Shown here: in pieces, positions 1 through 8,150 of the stretch
Layout of the letters: each line of letters starts with the position of its first letter
Position numbering within the stretch: the first letter of the stretch is position 1
NCBI RefSeq assembly: GCF_004010195.1
Contig: NC_057718.1
Location: forward strand, 38,335,191 to 38,371,475
From: Chiloscyllium plagiosum
Lineage: Eukaryota
Direction: 5' to 3'
DNA: 36,285 bases
Notes under the pieces: model-generated
Seen by the model: the letters and a program-made list of their open reading frames with translations, nothing else
What the model was told of the DNA's origin: nothing
Databases searched by the model: none
Position numbers and translations under genes: made by a program

Positions 1-207
1 AAACTTCAAAGAATTATGTACCTGAACTCCTAAATCTCCCTCTCTTCTACAACACTACCCAAGGCCCTACTTTTAATTTTATAAGTATTGCCTTTGTTTT
101 GTTTTACCAAAATGCAATACTTCACATTTATCCAAATTAAACTCCATTTGCCACTCTTTAGTCCATTGACCCGATTGATCAAGATCTCGTTGGAATCTTA
201 GATAACT
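1..207 (-). mobile_element. Decayed CR1 LINE ORF2 fragment (RT C-terminal region), cut by the window edge
   Basis: Reverse complement resembles the WQMEFNLDKCEVLHFGK region seen at about 4860-5040. Confidence 0.8.
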
Positions 208-213
208 TTATAA

Positions 214-547
214 GAGTGTCATTGGCTAGGCCAGCAGTTATTGCCCATCCCTAATTGCTCAGAGGTTCAGTTAAGAGTTAGCCACATTGTTGTGGTGTGG
301 AGTTGCATGTAGTCCAGACCAGATAAAGCTGGCAGTTTCTTTCCCTGAAAGAACATAATTGAACCAGATGGGTTTTTTTCCTGACAATTGATTTTATAGT
401 TGTCATTTAGACACTCAATTCCAGATTTTTATTGAATTCAGATTCCGCTATCTGCCTTGGTGGGATTCAAACCCAGGTCTCGAGAACATTACCTATCCAG
501 GATTAACAGTCTAGCAATAATACCATAGGGAAGGCCATTACCTTCTC
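214..547 (-). mobile_element. tRNA-derived SINE with a LINE-derived tail (possibly MetaSINE/SlmI-like core)
   Basis: Minus-strand B box GGGTTTGAATCCC (462-474) and a degenerate A box near 520-545. The tail gtcattggctaggccagcagttattgcccatccctaattg is shared with the LINE-tail fragment at about 18441. The superfamily name is from memory only. Confidence 0.7.
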
Positions 548-696
548 TATGATTTTATATGTCTTGAGATCTGCATTCAAACTTTAATGTTAACTGTTTC
601 CCTCTCCACCAATGTTGACAGACTTAGTGAATATTCCCCCTATTTTCTGTTTCTCTTGTACAATGGTTATGTTTCCTGCTCTTTTTCAAAATCATG

Positions 697-906
697 TCAT
701 GGGATTTTTGTACATCCTCCTAAGAGAGAACAAGAAGCATCAGTCTAACATCTTATTGAAAGATTGCACCTCTGACAGTGCAGCACATTCTCAGTACTGC
801 ACTGGAGGGTTGGCCTTGTTTTTACACTCAAATCTCTAGAATGGAGGTGAACCCACAACCTTCTAACTTGAGTGACAAGACTAATACTAACTCGGCTTTA
901 GCTGAC
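697..906 (-). mobile_element. DeuSINE-like (SacSINE1/AmnSINE-type) SINE fragment
   Basis: cacctctgacagtgcagcacattctcagtactgcactgg resembles the recalled Deu domain, followed by the tRNA-like head gaacccacaaccttctaact on the minus strand. Confidence 0.65.
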
Positions 907-1708
907 GGTAATACACAGATTACTACAATAGTCAGTAAGAAATTGAGAAGTTATCTGTAAGAATAATAGGGTGGTTATAGTAGGAGATTTTAACTTTCCA
1001 AACATAGACTGGGACTGCTGTAATGTTAAGGGTTTAGATGGAGAGGAATTTGTGTGTACAAGAACATTTTCTGAATCAGTATGTGTATGTACCTACTAGA
1101 AAAGGTGCAAAACTTTACCTAGTCCTGGAAATAAGGCAGAGTAAGTGACTGACATGTCAGTGGGGGAGCACTTTGGGAGCAGTGACCATAATTCTATTAA
1201 TTTTAAAATAGCGATGGAAAAGGATAGATGGAATCTGAAAGTTAAAGTTCTCAATTGGAGGAACGTTAATTTTAACGGTATTAAGCAAGATCTTTGAAAA
1301 GTTGATTGGGAGTGGATGTTTGCAGGTAAAGGGATGGCTAGAAAACGGAAGCCTTCAAAAATGAGATAGAGTCCAGAGGCAGTATATTCCTGTTCGGGGG
1401 AAGGGCAAGGCTGGTAGGTGTCCGGAATGCTGGATGACCAGAGAAGTTGAGGTTTTGATTAAAAAAAAGGAAGCATATGTCAGGTATAGACTGGATAGTT
1501 CGAGTAAATCCTTAGAGTATAAAGGCAGTAGGAGTATACTCAAGAAGGAAATCAGGAGGGCAGAAAGGGAACAGAAGATAGCTTTGGCAAATAGGGTTAA
1601 GGAGAATCCAAATGGTTTTTATAAATACATTCAGGACAAAAGTCAAAACAACAGCAGTTTTAAAAGGGAGAAGAGCAGACAAAGGAAGCACATGGTGAGG
1701 GCATTGCA

Positions 1709-1737
1709 AGAGAGAGAGAGAGAGAAAGAGAGAGAGA
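1709..1737 (+). repeat. (AG)n microsatellite inside the CR1 5'UTR
   Basis: agagagagagagagagaaagagagagaga read directly. Confidence 0.9.
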
Positions 1738-2083
1738 ACCTGCACAGTTACCGCCTTTGCTGTTTGAATTCTTGTATCGCTGGACATCGGAGTGCATCTG
1801 AGAAAAGTAACAAACAGTGAAATCCACAACTAATCTTGGAGGAACTGTTGGGCGAAGTACACAGCACAGAATCAGATATTGATTGTTGTTGTTTCAAGTC
1901 TGTACAAGAGAAAGGCTGCAGTAGTGAATACAGTGGGTTCTGTCTTGATTATATGTTTTTGGAGATAAGTCTCTTGATTAAACTTAAAATATAAGCCATA
2001 GCTATTAATTTAACCTGGGGCAGTGTTTGTAGAGGAATAAGACGGTGTTATTTTCTTGGTCTGTAGATTGTGAAGGAGCAAAA

Positions 2084-2809
2084 ATGGCCTTTGCAGTGAT
2101 ATGTACTTCTTGTCAGATGTGGGAGTTTAAAGAGAGTTTAAGGGTTACTGTGGATTATATCTGCCATAAATGCTGTTGGATGCGAATCTTATCAGATCGA
2201 GTGGATCGGTTGGAGAGACAGATAGAAGCGATGAGGAATTTGCAACAGTAACAGTTTGTGATGGATGGCAGTTATAGCAAGGGGGGAATGTCTCAGACAC
2301 AGTCACATAGATGGGTTAACTCCAGGAAAGGGAAGAGAGGTAGGCAGCTAGTGCAGGAGTCTTTTATGGATAGACCCATTTCAAACAGGTATTCTGTTTT
2401 GGAAAATGTAGGGGGTGATGGATTCTTAAGGGAACGTAGCACGAACATCTAAGTTTCTGGTATTGAGACTGGCTCTAATGCAACGAGGGGTACGTAGCTT
2501 CCAAGAGATCAATTGTGTTAGGGGATTCTTTAGTCCGAGGTACAGACGGATGTTTCTGTGGCCAGCAGAGAAAAAGCAGAATGATGTGTTGTTTCCCTGG
2601 TGCCAGGATCAAGGATGTCTCCGAGAGGGTGCAGAATGTTCTCACGGGGGAGAGGGGCCAGCAGGAGGTCATTGTCCACATTGGAACCAACGACATAGGA
2701 AGGGAAAAGGTTGAGATTCTGAAGGGAGATTACAGAGAGTTAGGCAGAAAGTTAAACTAATATACTGGCAGGGAAATTTGCTGGAGCTGCTCGGGAGGAT
2801 TTAAACTAG
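2084..2809 (+). pseudogene. CR1 ORF1: CxxC...CxxC zinc finger, coiled coil and SGNH/GDSL esterase, disrupted
   Basis: ATG at 2084; CTSC..CHKC, LSDRVDRLERQIEAMRNL, GDSLVRG, FPGAR, HIGTND; C-terminus TNILAGKFAGAAREDLN* with TAG at 2807-2809. Premature stops (2249, 2450), a frameshift, and an internal deletion near 2755. Confidence 0.85.
2800..2809 (+). other. Candidate -1 ribosomal frameshift heptamer T_TTA_AAC directly before the ORF1 stop
   Basis: gaT TTA AAC TAG in the ORF1 frame; the -1 frame is open into the APE domain. The motif recurs at 30678-30687. Confidence 0.5.
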
Positions 2810-5480
2810 TAAGGGCGGTGAGTGGGACCCAGGGAGATAGTGAGGAAAGAGATCGATCTGAGACGGGTACAGCTGAGAACAGAAGCGAGTCAAACAGTCA
2901 GGGCAGGCAGGGACAAGGTAGGACTAATAAACTAAACTGCATTTATTTCAATGCAAGGGGCCTAACAGTGAAGGCAGATGAACTCAGGGCATGTTAAAGA
3001 ACATGGGACTGGGATATCATAGCAAATACAGAAACATGGCTCAGGGATGGGCAGCATTGGCAGCTTAATGTTCCAGGATACAAATGCTACAGGAAGAATA
3101 GAAAGGGAGGCAAGAGAGGAGGGGGAGTGGCATTTTTGATTAGGGATAGTATTACAGCTGTGCTGAGGGAGGATATTCCTGGAAATACATCCAGAGAAGT
3201 TATTTGGATGGAACTGAGAAATAAGAAAAGGATGATCACCTTATTGGGATTGTATTATAGACCCCCTAATAGTCAGAGGGAAATTGAGAAACAAACTTGT
3301 AAGGAGATCTCAGCTATCTGTAAGAATAATAGGGTAGTTATGGTGGGGATTTTAACTTGGCAAACATCGACTGGGACTGCCATTATGTTAAAGGTTTAGA
3401 TGGAGAGGAATTTGTTAAGTGTGTACAAGACAATCTTCTGATTCAGTATGTGGATGTATCTACTAGAGAAGGTGCAAAACTTGACCTACTCTTGGGAAAT
3501 AAGGCAGGGCGGGTGTCTGAGGTGTCAGTGGGGGAGCACTTTGGGGCCAGCGACCATAATTCTATTCGTTTTAAAATTGTGATGGAAAAGGATAGACCAG
3601 ATCTAAACGTTGAAGTCCTAAATTGGAGAAAGGCCAATTTTGACAGTATTAGGCAAGAACTTTCGAAAGCTGATTGGAGGCAGATGTTCGCAGGTAAAGA
3701 GATGGCTGGAAAATGGGAAGCCTTCAGAAATGAGATAAGGATCCAGAGAAAGTATATTCCTGTCAGGGTGAAAGGGAAGGCTGGTAGGTATAGGGAATGC
3801 TGGATGACTAAAGAAATTGAGGATTTGGTTAAGAAAAAGAAGGAAGCATATGTCAGGTATAGACAGGATAGATTGAGCGAATCCTTAGAAGACTATAAAG
3901 GAATTAGGAGTATACTTAAGAGGGAAATCAGGAGGGCAAAATGAGGACATGAGATAGCTTTGGCAAATAGAATTAAGGAGAGTCCAAAAGGTTTTTACAA
4001 ATATATTAAGGACAAAAGGGCCCCTCAAAGATCAGCAAGGCAGGCTGTGTGTGGAGCCACAGAAAATGGGGGAGATACTACATGAATATTTTGCATCAGT
4101 ATTTACTGTGGAAAAGGATTTGGAAGATATAGACTGTAGGGAAATAGATGGTGACATCTTGCAAAATGTCCAGATTACAGAGGAGGAAGTGCTGGATGTC
4201 TTGAAACGGTTAAAGGTGGATAGATCCCCAGGACCTGATCAGGTGTACCCGAGAACTCTGTGGGAAGCTAGAGAAGTGATTGCTGGGCCTCTTGCTGAGA
4301 TATTTGTATCATCGATAGTTACAGGCGAGATGCCGGAAGACTGGAGGTTGGCAAACATGGTGCCACTGTTTAAGAAGGGCGGTAAAGACAAGCCAGGGAA
4401 CTATAGACCGGTGAGCCTGATCTCAGTGGGAGGCAAGTTGTTGGAGGGAATCCTGAGCGACAGGATGTACATGTATTTGGAAAGGGCAAGGACTGATTAG
4501 CGATAGTCAACATGGCTTTGTGCATGGGAAATCATGTCTCACAAACTTGATTGAGTTTTTTGAAGAAGTAACAAAGAAGATTGATGAGGGCAGAGCAGTA
4601 GATGTGATTTATATGGACTTAGGAGAACTAGCCATTTGGATACAGAACTGGCTCAAAGGTAGAAGACAGAGGGTGGTGGTGGAGGTTTGTTTTTCAGACT
4701 GGAGGCCGTGACCAGTGGAGTACCACAGGGATCAGTGCTGGGTCCTCTACTTTTTGTCATTTACATAAATAATTTGGATGCGAGCATAAGAGGTACAGTT
4801 AGTAAGTTTGCAGATGACACCAAAATTGGAGGTGTAGTGGACAGCGAAGAGGGTTACCTCAGATTACAGCAGGATCTGTGCCAATGGGCTGAGAAGTGGC
4901 AGATGGAGTTTAATTCGGATAAATGCGCGGTGCTGCATTTTGGGAAAGCAAATCTTAGCAGGACTTATACATTTAATGGTAAGGTCCTAGGGAGTGTTGC
5001 TGAACAAAGAGACCTTGAAGTACAGGTTCATAGCTCCTTGAAAGTGGAGTCACAGGTAGATAGGATAGTGAAGAAGGCATTTGGTATGCTTTCGTTTATT
5101 GGTCAGAGTATTGAATACAGGAGTTGGGAGGTCATGTTGCGGCTCCACAGGACATTGGTTAGGCCACTGTTGGAGTATTGCATGCAATTCTGGTCTCCTT
5201 CCTATTGGAAAGATGTTGTGAAACTTGAAAGATTTACAACGATGTTGCCAGGGTTGGAGGATTTTGAGCTACAGCGAGAGGCTGAACAGGCTGGGGCTGT
5301 TTTCCCTGGAGCGTTGGAGGCTGAGAGGTGACCTTATCGAGGTTTACAAAATTATGAGGGGCATGGATAGGATAAATAGATAAAGTATTTTCCCTGTGGT
5401 CGAGGAGTCCAGAACTAGAGGGCATAGGTTTAGGGTGAGAGGGAAAAGATATAAAAGAGACCTAAGGGGCAAATTTTGCG
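2800..5480 (+). pseudogene. CR1 ORF2: AP endonuclease and reverse transcriptase, disrupted
   Basis: Covered by ORF-track pieces 3127-3399, 3357-3944, 4051-4500, 4520-4711 and 4687-5331. The APE start LNCIYFNARG is at 2932. Stops and frameshifts separate the pieces. Confidence 0.9.
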
Positions 5481-5659
5481 GGTGCTGGCAGGTGGAACTA
5501 GATTGGGTTGGGATATCTGTCGGCATGGACAGGTTGGACCGAAGGGTCTGTTTCCATGCTGTACATCTCTATGACTCTAAAAGGGTAATTAATTTCCATA
5601 TTACAGAGGTGGTGGTGCTGCATGTCTTAAAATGCATAAATGTGGATAAATCCGCAGGA

Positions 5660-5876
5660 GAAAGTGAGGTCTGCAGATGCTGGAGATCAAAGTTGAAACT
5701 TTATTGCTGGAACAGCACAGCAGGTCAGGCAGCATCCAGGGAACAGGAGATTCGACGTTTCGGGCACAGGCCCTTCTTCAGGATTCCTGAAGAAGGGCCT
5801 GTGCCCGAAACATCGAATCTCCTGTTCCCTGGATGCTGCCTGACCTGCTGTGCTGTTCCAGCAATAAAGTTTCAAC
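5660..5876. mobile_element. 217-bp palindromic non-autonomous insert, Penelope-like pseudo-LTR type, with a 14-bp TSD
   Basis: TSD ATAAATCCGCAGGA at 5646-5659 and 5877-5890. Inverted arms 5692-5783 and 5785-5876 with one mismatch. Hammerhead core in each arm. Confidence 0.85.
5782..5819 (+). ncRNA. Minimal type I hammerhead ribozyme motif (mirror copy on the minus strand at about 5749-5786)
   Basis: Stem I GATTC/GAATC; CTGAAGA (5787-5793); stem II GGGC-ctgt-GCCC; GAAA (5807-5810); then CATC (CGTC in the minus copy). Predicted cleavage after C5814. Confidence 0.7.
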
Positions 5877-6879
5877 ATAAATCCGCAGGATCTGATCAGG
5901 TGTACCCTAGAACTCCGTGGGAAGCTAGGAAAGTGATTGCTGGGCCACTTGCTGAGATATTTGTATCGTCGATAGTCATGGGCGAGGTCCCGGAAGACTG
6001 GACGTTTTGCTAACGTGGTAACACTATTTAAGAAAGGAAGGTGGTAAGGAAATGCCAGGAACTGTAGACTGGTGAGCCTGACTTCGGTGATGGGCAAGTT
6101 GTTGGAGGGAATCCTGAGGGACAGGATTTACATGTAATTGGAAAGGCAAATGGTGATTAGAGATAGTCAACATGGCTTTATGTGTGGAAAATCATGTCCC
6201 ACTAACTCGATTGAGTTTTTGATTAAGTAATGAAGAGGATTAATGAGAGAAGATCGGTGGACATGATCTATATCGACTTCAGTCAGGCATTCAATGAGGT
6301 TCCCCATGGGAGACTGGTTAGCAAGGTTAGATCATATGGAATACAGGGAGAACTAGCCATTTGGATACAGAATTAGCTTGAATGTAGAAGACAGAGGGTG
6401 GTAGTGGAGGGCTAAATAGACTGGGCCTGATTTCCCTGGAGCGTCAGAGGCTGAGGGGTGACCTTGTGGATGCATGGAAATAATCTATATGCAGTTTAAA
6501 ATAGAAGCATTTTTTTTCTAGCTGAAGAGAGTTGTCAGGCAGAATCCCTTTACTGTGTTTGCCCTATTTAGTAATTATTCATCCAAATTCTGCCATCCAA
6601 CCACAGAGCTGAAAAGGTCATTTGGATTTCATACACACTGGCAAACATGTAGCTCCACATCCTCACGACTTTTCTCAGCCCCGGCAGTGTCTCTGATTTG
6701 CCAAAATGCTTGTCCACATCGAGAATTGGTTGAACAGATATTTGCTTTAGTTACATTTTGCGAAGATTTAAATTTGTCACTAAATTTGTTCTCTAACTGT
6801 TGACTCCCCTCCCGTTCGCTGTAAACTCTGTGGTAAATCAAACTATTCTCAGCTTTTAGCTGTGTTGGTTTATCTTTCC

Positions 6880-7256
6880 CAAAGTGGTTCCATCACCAAA
6901 AACTCTGTACACTTCATATCACTTTATTCTGCTCTGCCTCAATTCCCTATCTCTCTAACATTTTCTGTTCCTACAAATCTCCAAGGTCTGTGCTCTCCTC
7001 ACATTATGGCTTCTTATGCATATAGCTTTTAGTTTCTTCATTATTGGCAGCCAAGCCTTTAACTGTACTTGCCCTTAGCTCTGAAATTCTGCTGTATAAG
7101 TCTCTCAAACTCAGTCTTCTCTTTTACAGCATTCACTAAATCTTGCTTCATTTGCTCTAATATCTTCTGAAGTAGCAGTATCAAATTTCATTTTATCATG
7201 TTCCTTAAACTGCATCAGGGCATTTGATGACCTTGAAGGTGCTAGATGCAAGTTTG
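6880..7256 (+). mobile_element. Old L2-clade LINE 3' end
   Basis: ccctatctctctaac...attggcagccaagcctttaactg...ctctgaaattc...gaaggtgctagatgcaagtt resembles recalled L2 3' termini; highly diverged. Confidence 0.55.
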
Positions 7257-7975
7257 TACTGAGTTGGTCTGTTCTTCAGTGTTAACTTCCCTGGATGTTT
7301 TGATTCTCACCTTCCATCTTCATTAGCTGTGTCAATAGCATGTTTCTGTTCACCCTTGTCGCTGATGTGTGGGTTTGATAGTATAGCACGCTTCACCAGC
7401 AGCAGGGAAATCCCAAATGGCTATAATAGTAAGATTACCTCACTGTGGCAGTCTGGACATTTTCCAACTTTCAGTAATCAATCCAGGACAGGTTTCTGAG
7501 GGCCAGTGGAAACAGTGGGTGCTTTTGTATTTTATTGTCAGCCATTGACTGGCACCACATTAACTCTGAAACATTCTGCAAGGCTGGATTGAGGATTGGC
7601 AACTGCCTGTCAACAAGCAGCAGCTGCTTAGATGCGGAAATCTACGGGCCAATGAAGGCCATCAATCAGAGGCCATCTTGAATTTTTCAGTCAACAGTTG
7701 GGTCTCTCACAATGGTGGAAACATAGCAGTGTCTGGAGGTACTCCCTAGCAAAAAACCAGGGACCCAGCATTCCAGGAGATCTTTGATTTTCTTCACTAG
7801 CTTGCCTGGCCATGGTTGTGTCCATAGACCATTCACCATGTGCTGTGGTGGACCAGAAGCTATGGCCATTTTTTATGTTAAATGTGTGATGGTGACACCT
7901 TCCCTCTCCCTTGCTTGGAGTGGGCAGGCTGAAGCATGCATGTGCTGGAGTTCTCCCATTGGTCCTCACACCTTT

Positions 7976-8150
7976 AGAGTCATATAGCATGGAAACAGAC
8001 CCTTCGATCCTATTCATTGATGCTGACCAAGTTTTCCAAACTAAATTAATCCCATTTGCCTACACTTGGACGATATCCTTCTAAACCATTCCTATTCATA
8101 TACTTATCCAAATGTCTCTTGTAAATACAGGTACAACATTTATCACTTCC
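7976..8150 (-). mobile_element. CR1 3'-end fragment
   Basis: tagagtcatatagcatggaaacagacccttcg is the reverse complement of the CR1 terminus at about 5540-5578. Confidence 0.8.

Larger units (their letters stand above)
1643..5578 (+). mobile_element. Apparently full-length but inactivated CR1 LINE (5'UTR, ORF1, ORF2 APE-RT, 3' stem-loop and tail)
   Basis: ORF1 zinc finger and esterase; ORF2 with YFNARG, ETW, YRPP, GDF, SDH, YRPVSL, GVPQGSVLGP and KFADDTK motifs. 3' end ggaccgaagggtctgtttcc...ctctatgactct. AAAAG flanks both sides (1638-1642 and 5579-5583). Confidence 0.93.
927..6470 (+). mobile_element. Older host CR1 LINE (ORF2 part), split by two nested insertions into 927-1642, 5579-5659 and 5877-6470
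   Basis: APE C-terminal motifs (GDFNFPNIDW, HFGSSDHN), then linker ...KENPNGFYKYIQDK. It resumes after 5578 with aaaagggtaa... and DKSAGSDQVYPRT..., then the N-terminal RT. Many stops and internal deletions. Confidence 0.88.

Noticed and set aside
4687..5331. Reverse transcriptase as a retron, DGR or domesticated gene
   Set aside because: The motifs (QGSVLGP, FADD), the upstream APE and the 3' tail define an ordinary CR1 LINE, and every copy has stops or frameshifts.
5396..6097. Overlapping ORFs 5396-6013(+) and 5687-6097(-) sharing a near-identical peptide (LKLYCWNSTAGQAASREQEIR...)
   Set aside because: Artefact of the DNA palindrome plus flanking CR1 sequence; not a protein gene.
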